Origin: Takakia lepidozioides
Taxonomy: Eukaryota > Plantae > Bryophyta
DNA: 64,000 nucleotides
Direction: 5' to 3'
Assembly (NCBI GenBank): GCA_030704615.1
Contig: CM060734.1
Coordinates: forward strand, 28,830,001-28,894,000
Shown here: piece after piece, positions 51,401-63,400 of the stretch
How the letters are laid out: each line of letters opens with the position of its first letter
Numbering within the stretch: position 1 is the first letter of the stretch
Made by a program: the position numbers and the translations under genes
Notes under the pieces: model-generated
Told to the model about the DNA's origin: nothing
Seen by the model: only the letters and a program-made list of their open reading frames with translations
Databases searched by the model: none

Positions 51401-53180
51401 ACCTCTACCATGGTCCTAGCAAAGCCGAACTCCTTTGAGTTACCTTTTGTTGTCGTCATTTTTGTTTCTCAGGCTGTTACAACGAGGCTTATTGCAGAGG
51501 GACAGAAGTTAGACTCTGATTTCTACTCAATGGCTTAATGGAGTCGACATTACCAGTCATTTGCACCTCAAAAGTATCTAAGAGTTGGGCGCGCATTGCA
51601 TTGCAGGAAGGTCCACAAGTATGGCAAAAGCACTAGCGGGGAAAGTTGGGATAACATTGTTGAGGAGGGAACCTTTTACCAGTAATATTCTCTGTCCCTC
51701 AAACTTTCTGAACTCCTCTCCACTTGTTCCGTGGCTTCTTCCAGGATTTGAATCTAGTTGAGTGGATTGCAATCTGTTTTGATGGTTTCTTTCTGCTTGT
51801 CTATGCCCGTCTCTTCTTCTCCTCTCCCTCACTCTTCCAGAGAATCCAGAGAATCCAGAGAATCCAGAAGGGGTGGAAATCACATCCAAACAGGATCGCA
51901 ACAGACTCATTAGAAGGGAGCTTATGGAACTACATGTCAGGAGAACTTGGAAGCTACCCAATCTCACCACAAAGCTCCATTTCTATCGAGAGAGATTCTT
52001 GGTTCTCCGAGATGATAGAACCAATTACCTTTCGGCGCCTTTACTCCTTCCCTCCTGAGGGCATTGGGGCGGTTCAGAGTGGGCTCCCACAATCTACGGA
52101 TAGAGACTGGCAGATGGGAAAACCTGCATCGGGAGGACCACCTATGCCCAGCTTGCACAGGGCAAATTGAAACTGAAGAACACTTCTTCTTTTATTGCCC
52201 TCTATATTACGAGATCCCTGGGAGATTCCACTGTCTATTCCGCGGAACTCAATCTCTCACTGTCTTCCACTATGAGGATCAGAAATGCTTGGCAGCTTAC
52301 CTGCACGAGGCCTTCACCCTTAAACAATCCCTCAAGCAGTAGTTTTTTGTTTGGCTCTGGTTTTGTTTCCTCTCATGTTTTTTCCATTTTATCCAACTCT
52401 TTCAGCTTTCCCGGATGTTATAAAGTACCATTTCATTTCATTTCATTTCTTCCCTCCCTCCTCTTTCTCTCTTGACAGCTGCACATCTGTGGCCAAGAGT
52501 GCTAAGGGCATTTTAGGATATTTCTCGTGTACCCTCTTGGCTGAGACAGTTGACAGGCTCTGCGAAGATTAGTATCCCGCAGGAACCATTTGCTCAAGGG
52601 CATGTCATTGCCAACAAGGATCGGTCACTCTCATATTTCTCTCTTCCTAGTATGATGTCAAATTTCAGTGCATTAATCTGCCCTCAATTCCAATGGTTGT
52701 CGATGTGCAAGTCCATGTCAGACGGGGTAATGAGTACATTCTCTTTCTCACGTAGAGATTCTGAGCACCAAAAATGCTTAGGGGGCTGGCATGCATGAGT
52801 CTCCAGCAGCATTTAGGGTTTCTCTTTGGTTTCAGTGTTACTGCTGTCTTTTTACTGTCTCATAGGCCCTTGAGCCTCCAGTGAATGTCCCAGAGTTCTT
52901 CCTTTCTTTCTCTCTCCAACACGAACTTAATTTATGCAGTGCACTGGGGAGCACAGGGAGTGGATTCAATTCTACTCTTGAGAGCCCTCCCTTTTACATA
53001 TCTCCTGCTCGATCAAGTGTGTGTTCTTCATGTTCTAATTACTTCATTCTCATTGTGGACAGGGCGGAGCCCCATTATGGTTGGGCAGATGCAGTGGGTA
53101 ACTCGGTGCAGCTCTTGGCAATTGAAGCCTTGGAAAGGCCTCCAGGCATCTATCCAGACATTGATCTGGGAATGAGCTAA
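45432..53180 (+). CDS. ESV1: EARLY STARVATION 1 (Trp-rich starch-granule protein); exons 45432-46136, 46719-47023, 47575-47666, 48006-48199, 48608-48647, 48872-48953, 50007-50084, 50229-50354, 50581-50702, 51103-51142, 51607-51681, 53063-53180
   Basis: The spliced product contains PQSRDTPPKRDTGIASEKDWGI, GEDLGDNGYRCRW, WWEKSDWTGYKELG, WWETWQEVL, KYGRLNDQGWWEKWGE, WSRTWGEEHFGNGKVHKYGKS and AEPHYGWAD...ERPPGIYP. All junctions are GT-AG with consistent phase. The first two exons and the start codon are less certain. Confidence 0.92.
49085..49825 (+). mobile_element. Family B LINE 3' end in an ESV1 intron, interrupted by a family A insertion
   Basis: Encodes LGRFRLGSHNLRI|ETGRWE...IETEEHFFFYCPLY. 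CATTT tail at ~49803-49822. Confidence 0.88.
49150..49434 (-). mobile_element. Family A LINE 3' fragment with a 15-bp TSD
   Basis: TSD CAATCTACGGATAGA at 49135-49149 and 49435-49449. Confidence 0.9.
51690..52450 (+). mobile_element. Family B LINE 3' end in the last ESV1 intron
   Basis: ORF 52064-52342 GRFRVGSHNLRIETGRWENLHREDHLCPAC...ETEEHFFFYC, followed by a CATTT tail. Confidence 0.88.
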
Positions 53181-53899
53181 TAAAAGCCTTTTACTAAATT
53201 GATTCTATTGAGTACATCTAATTTAGACATTGAGGATACACTTTTTGTCGTAGGGCTCTAAGGGTTGGATTTTGGAAGAGAAGCAGATACTGAGAGATTT
53301 GACTGCTATTTTTGGTGCTCCCTTCCAGCATTGCCTGCCGGGTTGCAATTGCCACATGGCATAGCCTCTGATCTGCTTCCCCGGATGATGATGTTCATGT
53401 ATGAAATTTAGCACATCTTGTTTTCTTACTGTACATTTGTTCCCACTATTTCTGCAGCTGTGCAGTGTTGTGTGGAGCGCTTTGTATCCACTTGTGTTAT
53501 AAATACTGTTCACCATTTCCTTTGACTCAACTTCCTTCTCTCACAACATCTACTTGCTAGTGAAGGTTGGTGCATTCATTCATATTTTATATCTTCTTCC
53601 CTGTCCGCATAAGCATGCACTCTGTGTGTCCCATTGCGTTATACTTGTCAGTGAAGGCTTCTAGCCTACAGATTATAGCATATGAGAATAGAAGATGGAT
53701 AAGCAATTGTCTTTCACCTTTCTAGTTAGAGTGATAAGAATGAAAGGACAGACAAGGAGTATATAAGGAGTATATAGGGGTACTCTATAAAGCTCTGGTG
53801 GTCAGAAATTCTAAGAAGAACCAATAATAGCTGCAGCTAATTCTGAAATGTCAAAATTTGAGGATGTGTAGAGGTGGCAATAAATATCCTGACCCGTCC

Positions 53900-55590
53900 A
53901 AGAAATACACCCCAACAATGAGGAACCACCTTTAGTGTCGCAGAAACGCAAGTGTATTTCCAGTGATTTTTTTAAAAAATTTAAGGAAAGGGAACAAAGG
54001 CCCTTAATTAAAAGATGTCACAAAGGTGGGAAAAATAACCACCAAGAAGGCTGTGAAGGCTTACTGAGGGGGAACATCCCCGTGACCCTAGCCAACTTGC
54101 TAACAAGAGAGAAGGAGGGAGTGAATAGTGGTGAAGCAGAGATTGCAAAAGGGATAAGGGGAGGTGCTATGCGATGGTAGAAACCAGGAGTACTAAGAAG
54201 GATCTATGAAAGGGTGTAAGATACTAAGTGGTCCCGAAAAAGGTAGGTGTGAAGAGCCAGCAAATTGCATTTAGAATAACAGTCCGAAGGTCATCTGAAG
54301 ATGGAGAGCGCAGCTCTGAGGCAGTGAGCTGAGAAGGTAAGGAGCCGGACGAGCTGTAGTGATATTGTCAAGACAGGTGAAGTATTCAGAACTTGAGCTG
54401 AGTTCTAAATTTGGGGTCTTGACTTTTCTTATGTCTCTAGTTGAAATCTGCTTCGTCTCCATCACTAGGGAACCTCCCATTGAGGGGGGGATGGATTGAT
54501 GCCAGGTAAAGCGCATGTTGGGAAGACTGGAGCCGAGCAAGTCGCCTTTGCCCCAAGACTTACGGAAATCTTGAAGCAACTTCTCCCCTCGATGCTCCGA
54601 AGTTCTGGGAAGAGCTGCACAAACAGTGTCCCACGCTTTCAGCCCCTCAGTTAACATATCATAATAAATATGAAACAAGATTGATCTGTCCCTGGGGGGT
54701 TTTCCCTCATAAACCCAATTACATCTGGCTTTCCAGATTCCACAGAGTGTGGGCTCTAAGAGTAGCCCATACTAGGCATGCACTCATTGGCAGACCAGGC
54801 AAGAAATACAAAAGCAGGAGAGAAGGAGGGGAAGGAGTTGGGAATGAAGCCAAGTGAGAGCAGAATGAGAGAACCAGCCTCCATATTATCCTAGATAGAT
54901 TGCGGAACAGCAGACAATGCTCTATGGAGTCCACTTGTGCAGGGCAAAGAGTATAGGTAGGGTTATCCTCGTGTGTTCACTGTCTGAATGGAATGATTCT
55001 ATGTGTGAGCTTCCAAAGGAAGCCTGAAATCTTTGTTGGCCTATGCTTTCTCCACACATCTTTCCAGATTTTGTCCTAGATTCCTTGGGCGAGTTGGATG
55101 TTCCCCCACTTAGTTGACCATTTGCCAAAGAGCGGGGTGGGTTGGCAAGGGAGTACCCCTTTTTCACCGAGTCACAGCTCGACACAGGGTGTTGTTATCA
55201 CTGGCAAGGAACGGGAATGCGGGAACGTCACCATCATAAGGAACGACAGTACAGTACGTACTGTCCTGGATGATAGTTAGTTTTAGACGGTTAGAACAGC
55301 TTGCGGGTAGATTATGCAGAGTAGCTATGGTGAGGGGATCACTTCTTGGGGATGACTTGGAGTACACAGAGGCGAGTATGTAGAGGAGGAGAGAGATGAC
55401 GGAGTGTAGCTTGATGCTTGCAAGCTGTAGAAATCATCGTAGTGTAGACTTAGTGATACGAAAGGCGGGGTCTTTTTCTTATCCATCCACTTCCACTCAC
55501 CTGGGTCAAACTGTAGATCTTCCAAAGGACACATGAGGAACCAGGTGAGGGTTTCATGACGGGCCCATTGAGCTTCCATCCCTTGTGGTG
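53900..55590 (-). mobile_element. 3' part of an L1-like LINE ORF2 (zf-RVT region), degenerate
   Basis: The minus strand yields W..VW...RPTKISGFLWKLTHRIIP, DSIEHCL...SR.IW and LWNL...W pieces typical of plant L1 ORF2 C-termini. Confidence 0.65.
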
Positions 55591-55599
55591 GTAAGGGGT

Positions 55600-58518
55600 T
55601 AGTGTGCTGTTTTCATAGACAGAAACTGCCTCTATTGAGGCTTGCGTTAACGCAAGCCTGCCGACCCTGCTCATCATGGCTTGCAATCTCCGTTTACCTT
55701 GGGGCAAGGATCAGGCTTGCGTTGATGGAAGCCTGATTTTGGGTGGAATGGAGCTTGGTGTATCCAGCCGAGTGTGTTATAGGGTCTGTTGTGAGGCTGC
55801 GGAGTTCATAGTTGGTGGGTTCAGGGTCCCTCTAGACTGTGAGGGATGGGTCTATTTTCGGGTCTGCAGCAGGCTTGCGTTAACGCAAGCCTGGTTCATG
55901 ACAGCCATCAGTTTTGTTGAAGTGACAAGGAAAACAACTTCTTGGGTGTCTACAAAACATTCATACAGTCATTCTTGCGTCAACGAAAGCCTGATCCCGG
56001 TTCAGGAACATGAGCCTTAAATTGTTACGGCGAAGGTTTTGTAACTGCTTCATTGACAATTGGGCAAAGACAAATCCGGACACAACTATGTACACAGCGG
56101 GAATTCTGGAGGACTGGAGCAAGTCCCATTTGAAATACTGTGGCTGGTACCTGGACTGCCCCAAACAATCCACACCCTGGGAGGAGAACGTCCTTCGGAA
56201 CTGGAATGACAATGCCGAAGCTCTTGCTCCACTTACGGATAGGCAGCTGCAGTTGAAAGATCTCTGGCTTTTGAGAACAAAGGAACCGGTTGTGAATCCG
56301 AGCCCGAAAAAGAAGGGTGGAAAGAAGAAGGATAAAAAGAAAGAGGGCGAACAAAGCCAAGCAGCGGCTGTTGTGGCAGGAGGGGCTCAGAGGGGGTCAC
56401 ATCTCACTCTGTCAGATCGGCCATACGAGGCCCTACCTGGCAGAGGTGTGGCCACGGGATTTCAACACAAGACTGTGAACGAAAAGCTTCTTGGACATGA
56501 TGGAATCAAGGAGGAAAGGCGGCACAGTCAAGGAGAAGTCCCCGACTTGGGAGACATTGTCTTCATTCCTCACTCTGGTAAATTCCCTCTACATTCCACC
56601 CTCCTTGTCATTTTGTTTTTGCAGTGTGTTCACAAGTCCTGTAAGTGGGATTGATTTTTTTTTGTGTGAAGGCTGGGAAAGGTCCATCCTGGGTGAACGG
56701 AGAGAAGAAACCCTTTGCATGCGAGCTCATTGTTCTGGACATTCCAGATGGGCCTCCAGTCCCAGATCTCCCTCCGAAAGGTGTCACTCCATCCTAGAAT
56801 GAATGGGACGAGCGCTATTGGCCTTGGGTCTTCAAATTTTGTGGGAACATGTTTCACGTGTTTGGATTGCTCTATTTTTCTCTTGCGCTGTCAATCTCCT
56901 CTTCCATCCTTGCATTGACGCAAGCATGGTTCAATGGTGTCCTCTGCTCATTCCCTTGGTCTTCCCTCGGTGCTCTCTCCACTGACTCCTGCGTTTTGAT
57001 TTTGTAGACATGAGCTTTTGACGCGCACTGTCTCGTAAGAGAACGTCACCCATCGACACCGTCATCCGTGAAGGAGTTTGAGGTCTTGAAAGGGGGAACG
57101 CATGTTGACTCGTCTTGCGATCCGGTAGATGATTATTTCATCTACAACTACGTGGACGCCTCACTTACTGTGCTGCGGACTTCCGGAGAGCCATGGAGAG
57201 GTGCACGGGAGAAGAGTCCTGCCTTCATGCAGACAATCTTGAGTCTTGCAGCATTGAAGGGTCCCGAGTTGTTGACCTCACTCTTGGAACAGGTTCGTGC
57301 CTTCACACTCTCGCAATATTCTGCCTACATTGTTGTTGACAGAGATTGCAGGTGCGCCTATCTTTGCTCATTTTCTGGATTCTGGATGCAGGGGCATCGT
57401 TCCATGTCTGCAAGGCAGCGGGAAGGCATCTGTTTGCCTTTGAGGGGGATGCCGAGCTGTACAAAGAGGTGATAGCTCCCCTCCATGAGGGCTCAACCTC
57501 AGGCACGTAGACAGATGCGGCGGTCGCAGCAGTGCCGTTGGAACACAAAGACATGGAAATTGACGACTATTTGATTGTGAGTAAGTCGTCTGCTTTTTCT
57601 TCTTTACATGGAACTCCTTTATGGCGTCGGAGTTGGGGCAGCTCATGAATGTTTGCAATGTTTTTTGCAGGAACCCTACAACGCCAAGGTTCCTCCCTTT
57701 CTTTGCGAACCCGGACTTCTTCCCAAGTCCACCCCCCATGCTTGAATTGCCATGTTATGCTGAGGCTGCAGCAAGATCATTTGCTCTCGAAGCATCTCCC
57801 CCTCGTCTGGTTTGTGGCATGAAGGGACACACATAGAGGGGCTATGGTGTTTATTGATAGTTGTGCTTTGGTTTCGAATGCAATGTCCTCTGACAGTGGA
57901 TCTCCGGAATCGAAATAACCCATATGTTTTCAGACTTTGTATGGATAATGCAATACCGAGTTCTATGATTTCAATCATGCGTGTGCCTCTCCACCTGTTC
58001 TTATATTCAAAACTTTCTTCATGTATGTTCATTAATCCATCCGATAGACGTCAACAATGGAAGCACTCAGCATCCATATGCGAAACATTCATCCAATGCT
58101 GTGAGCATTCATTAATCCATCGGTGTGCCGGATTACATCCAAAAAACATCCAAAATTCATCCCATAATCATCCATCAATCTTACACCATCCACAATACTT
58201 TCATCCACCTTTCATTCATTTATCATCCAACTGCCATCCAATTTTCATCCAACATTCATCCAGCATCCATCCAGCATTCATCCTCGTTCCATCCACATGC
58301 ACCCAATGTCTCCTCTACATTGTTGCATAATACTGCCTCGTTGTATGCAGCCTTTCCCGCGGATACAGGTCCCGCATGGTATTCTCATCCGCGGTTGTAG
58401 GCCCTTACGGTGACATTCATCCACATCCATGAGAATCTTTCCGCTCACAGATTGGCATCTTCTAACTCACGAATCTTTCCGCTCACGTGAGCCGCTCACA
58501 GTTTAGCATCCCCCCCTC
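55600..58518 (+). mobile_element. Second, diverged and truncated copy of the MULE family: 3' half of the accessory gene plus one terminus
   Basis: Colinear protein similarity to 29000-26760: TMYTAGILEDWS..H...CGWYLDCP, MMESRRKG...SPTWE...FL.L, LIVLDIPDG...PPKG.TPS*N..DE.YW.WVF.FC, PWRGAREKSP.FMQ, RVVDLTLGTG|ASFHVCKAAGRHLFALEGD.EL. Terminus (rc) GGGATGCTAAACTGTGAGC with CCGCGGTTGTAGG and CATTCATCC subterminal motifs. Confidence 0.85.
55638..55994. repeat. Four copies of the palindrome CAGGCTTGCGTTAACGCAAGCCTG
   Basis: Copies at 55638 (perfect, 22 bp), 55711, 55870 (perfect, 24 bp) and ~55974. Confidence 0.92.
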
Positions 58519-58562
58519 ATTTCTGTGTAATGTGCATCTTGAGTTTGATAGTATTTTATGCA

Positions 58563-59326
58563 CTAGTCTTTTCTGGCCCACGCAGGAGAATCTGTGATGT
58601 GAATTGTCCAATGTCTCTCTCTCTCTCCATATCAATCAACAAAAGAGCGTCGAGTTCAAAATGCCTCTTAACAGAAACGGAAAGTTGTGAGAGTTTCAAT
58701 CGCTTATGTGTTAATCTAGACTGTTGGAAATAACAGGAGCGTACGTCTCTACAAGACTGTTTAAACCACATCAATTTGCTGATGTTTAAAATACACCGTC
58801 GAAAACGAGTCAGAGAAACCTTGGGTTTACAAGCACACGAACACCTGGCCCCGAAATGGAAATGCGGCACCGCATTTCCCTTATTCCCCTGCATATGTCC
58901 GCAAGCTTCACCTCTACTGTGCAGGTCGACTGGAAAGGTGGCGCCGCATTCCGGCTCAGAACAAAACGGTGTCACCTCCATAGAAAATGGCATGCATTTT
59001 GGGAATGCGGCACCACATTTCCCTCCGCGCCAATCAAACATGTAAATGTGGTGCCGCATTTCCATGTTCAACATGGAAAGCTTGCGCCGCATTTCCGACT
59101 GTCCAATATGGAAATGTGGTGCCGAATCTCCATGTCCAATGTGGACATGCGGTGCCGCATTTGCATGTCCTAAATACAAATGTGGTGCCGCATTTCTGTT
59201 TTTGTTTATCCGGAACCTCATTTCTTGCTTGGGGGTGGAAATGCGGCACCACATTTCTGTTGTCGTTACCGGAAATGTGTTATCTGCCGTCCACAAATCG
59301 GAGGAGGTTTAAAAAAGGAGAATAGA
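58563..59326 (-). mobile_element. Probable non-autonomous Helitron containing a palindrome array
   Basis: The minus strand starts TCTATT (59326) and ends CTAG (58563), sitting between host A and T with no TSD. The 3' hairpin is degenerate. About 9 internal copies of AAATGYGGYRCCRCATTT at 58857-59260. Confidence 0.55.
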
Positions 59327-59540
59327 TGGGCCACATGCCCTCTTACAGTCATCACCGCCGGCACCAGAAGGGGCATCCATAATGCCAGCATCTCGGACCT
59401 TCAAAATAACTTTAATCTCCCCATCACTTCTATCCATAAATGCTTCAAAGCCATTCACCTCATGGCACTGCGATCTCTCACTGCTATCATTACCAACAAA
59501 CGACAACTCGAATCTAATCCTTCTCTTGCCTCCTAGGCAC
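59327..59540 (+). mobile_element. Possible C-terminal tail of a restriction-like-endonuclease (Dualen/RandI-type) LINE ORF
   Basis: Reads W...PLTVITAGTRRGIH...IHLMALRSLTAIITNKRQLE*, resembling the end of RLE-bearing ORFs. Confidence 0.45.
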
Positions 59541-60499
59541 CCTGGGCGTCTTTGGGTACCCATGGGGTACCCCATGGGTCTACATGGGTACCATACGGAA
59601 CCCTTAGTTGTCGGGTACCACCCCTCAGCTGGTCACTTGGTGTCCCTTGGACACCGGTTATTTTTACATAGGGCCCACCCCTGAAAACGGGCAGTAGCCG
59701 CAAGGCGAAGTGGCTCTTAGTTACGCCGGCCTCGGTCGGAGTCTTCTCTCTTAATTAAGCCCCTTGTACTCCAAGAACACCCCATACTGTACCTAATCCA
59801 AAGTAGTAATTAACCTTGAACTACCTCCATTGCAAAAGTGCACAATACTAGGATGAAAAGGGTGACTTCATTCATAAAAAATAGGGGACAGAAAAAGACA
59901 ACGCACACTTTTAGATGCCACTACCTTAGAAAGGGCGTGAAGCACAAGGGAGCGTAGGGTGAGGATTTGACTACGGGCCACGAGGGGCTTCTCCGACGAT
60001 CGTACCGGCAAGGCTCGCACGCGCGCATTCAACTCTCATCCTATGTCTAGTGCAAACCGAGAGATTGGGGTTTTTTTTTTTTTTGGGAGATGTTGTTGCC
60101 TCCATTCCTTCTCATTATTATTGAATAGCTAAAATGGGTTCATCCCTGTAGCTACAAAATGTGAGAGGTCGCACTTGTCATCGCCAGCACGCACAACATA
60201 CAAGTACCTCCTCTCTATATGGGTTACATGATACTACCTAGCAATTTTACGTATTAGATAATGTCAATGTGGAGGAGCATTATCGAGAATAGTCCGAGCT
60301 GCAGGCAAGCTGCGGGAGCAGCGAGTCTGCTGCGAGGATTATTTGAGATTGCTTCGACGGAGTGACATTATCTTACTTAATATGTCGGTATGGCTATTTG
60401 TCATCCAACATTTCATCCAAAACGGGTTTTCATCCGACGTATATGGAGACACCTACATATAGAGACAATTATCGCTAATAATATCATACCCAGGCAGCT

Positions 60500-63400
60500 C
60501 CAATCCGGGTTCCCTTGGTTGCTCCTCTCTCTCCCCGGCTGAGTCAATCGCCAGTTTCGGATCCCACCACGCATGTGAGCCCACCCCAGTATACCGGGGC
60601 TCCCTCATCACCTCCCCATGCAGTCGACCCCCAGCAGGATGCAGCCGACCCTCAGCAGGATCTGATGGAGGATATTTCGGATCTCTAGAGATCGATGAGT
60701 AAATCAGAGCTCAATATCCACAATCCACGACAGTGTCACAGACTTTTCGGAGAAAGGGGTGCTTCTTCATTTCCCAGGTAGAAAAGTTGACAGGGATCAT
60801 GCAAGGGATTGGGCCATCTGTTACTTGGGGGGGTCTGGCGACCTTAATCATCATTTTTGCCACTCCAGAGGCCAAGGATTCTTCTCGGTTCTTTTGGATT
60901 CAAAGGAAGCTGCAGATAGGGCACTTTCCTTCAATCCCCACCTGGCTTAACATTTTTCCTTGGTCGAGTGCTATGGGCAACAAAAATGGAAAGGTGTGGA
61001 GTCCCAGGATCATTGCCTTGCCATATATCCCGGACCAGTATCTCTTCAGTTTGCCCGAGATATGGAACTTCTTGGGGGAGTATTTGGAATGTTTGGCGGT
61101 GTTCGACCCCCACAACTGTCCGGAAGCCCTTAAAAATAATCTTGCTTGGAGGGGGGCCTCGATTTCATCAAAGGCACATGAGAATGGGTTTCCTAACATT
61201 GTTATAATGATGCCTGATGATGCAATCATCCCTGAATTTATTCGTCTCCCCATTGATGACAAAGGCAACTTCTTCTCGGTTAAATTATTTGAGGACACTA
61301 CCTCTACTGTCTGCTACTACTGTGGACGTACAGGGCACCTCAAAGATGTTTGCCCAAAGGCCCAAAAGAAGAGAACTAGGTCCCCGCTGGGGGCAGAACG
61401 GCAACCTGCCGCCCCCCCTAAAAGGCACTTCTACGATCCGAAGGGGAAGTCCCCAGTCTTCTCCCAGGACTCGCACCATGCAAAGAGGGCGGCACCGAAT
61501 GCAGGCGAAGGAGACTTGCCAGATTGGGTTCCTCAAGCCTCTACTCATGCTCAGCCACTGAATCTCAACAGGCGGTCTGCCTCGCAAGACCCCATGCTTT
61601 TGGAGGCCATTGGCAGTGTTTCCTTGGTGTTTCGCAATAGGGAAGGACTTGACCCACCGACAAGAAACATTAGGCAAGACGATCCGGGCAACTTCCCCCC
61701 CACGCCCCCAGCACCCCTCTTTGGTAATGATCCAGCACTGCCCAAAAGCTCCCTTCATCTCTCCGCATCCTCCTCAATTGCCTACAATCCAGTCATAGCC
61801 AGAATTTGCACCAGTCTTCACTCCTTCCCCACTCTGTCCCTTCCGGGCTCCTCAACCTTGTTTTCTCAGTCCTACCCCAAAGCTACTGGTGTGACTCCAT
61901 TGATTTTCCGTAGATCCCCAGCTCCTGCCTTCCTTGCCACGGAGGGCTACGGGGACAGCTTTGAATCCATCTGGATTTCCAATTACGATGTTTCTATTTT
62001 CATGGCAAAATCTCCCATTGACTGCAGTCCAATCCCCACTCTCAGAAACAAGATTAACTCCTTCCTTCATTCAAAGTTTCCTCACTATGTGCTCCCAGCC
62101 ACTGCTCAGGTTACTTGGGGCACTTACATTGAGGACCATCCTGCTCTAGGGGTTAACCTTTGGCCTTCTACCCAAATTCTAGCCCTCTTGTAGGAGTCGG
62201 ACCTGCTACTTACCCAAAAGTTGCAGAATGGGAGATGGATCCAGCCTGCCCCATCCTGCCCCATCCTGCCGGGCTCTCATCAGAGCCAGAGAAATTATGC
62301 GCAATGGCTTTGCCCTGCTCTAGGCCCTTATGGAATCGGAAGAGGTGCAAGGGATTGAGGAACTTCAGGATCAGCAAGTACAAGAATACCAGGGACCTGT
62401 CCAGGGCATTGTTCGTGCTGATCCGGGAAGCCCCACAGCATATCAGCAGCATCAGGCTCGGCCCCAGCCCCCCTACTCATCACCTGGACCGGATGCGAGT
62501 GCAAGGGCTCAGTCGAACTTGTCCCCCCCCCCCCCCCCCCGACCACCACACTCCTGCCTTCTCCAACTCTGGCTCCATTGGTCTGCCCCCTGTCGCCCCC
62601 CAGTACCCGGTGAGTGGCCTCCCTATTGTCATTCCCTTCATTATTTTCTACCCATCTCCGTTATGCCCCAACAAAGGTAACGTGTTGTACCTCAGAACCA
62701 GGTCACCCCTGCCATGTGCCTGGAAAATTCTACCCTCAATTTCCTACTCTCTATCAGATGGAGACTTTTCGATGTATTTTGGTGCAGGGTCAGGACCTCT
62801 TCCCCTCGCCACACCGGATCCTCTCAAACTCATTCTTATCTCAGAATTTTTCATGCAACTTTCGGGTAGACCTAGGGTGGTGCACACTTCGTGGATGCCC
62901 TACTCAAAGATTCAACCTCTCCCGGGGGATGATTCTTTCTACCATCATAGCCAGAGCACCCTTATCATGGCCATAGAATTGGATAAGCCAGTAGATGCAG
63001 CCCCATTCAATCACTTTTGGAAGACAACCCTATTGCCTTCTGGTAAAAGAACTAAGTTCCATTTCCATTCTGACAGGCCATCATTTGAGTCATTCCCGCT
63101 CAGCCTGACATACCCACAAGATGTTGGTTAGTTTCTCCTCTTGGAATATAAGGGGTATTGGCTCCGACCACTCAGCCCTCAAGAAAATTAGGCTGAGAGC
63201 ATGGCTGCCCCCCCCTTATCCCAACTGATGCCATTGTCTTTTTGCAGGAACATAAGCTAGATGATCTCAAAATTAGGAATCTTTCTGATAACCTGTGGCC
63301 TCTTGCCTACGCTCTCTGGAAGCCTTCATCCGAAGGTTCAAAGGGAGGAACATCCATCCTCCTTTCCCCTTCCATAAGACAATTTTTGGTGAAAGATGAA

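Noticed and set aside
58857-59280. CRISPR-like short palindromic repeats
   Set aside because: The repeats are degenerate, the spacers are short (~15 bp in the regular part) and similar to each other, and there are no cas genes.
58556-59325. Several overlapping ORFs on both strands with repeated CGAAF/MRHR peptides
   Set aside because: An artefact of the palindromic repeat array.
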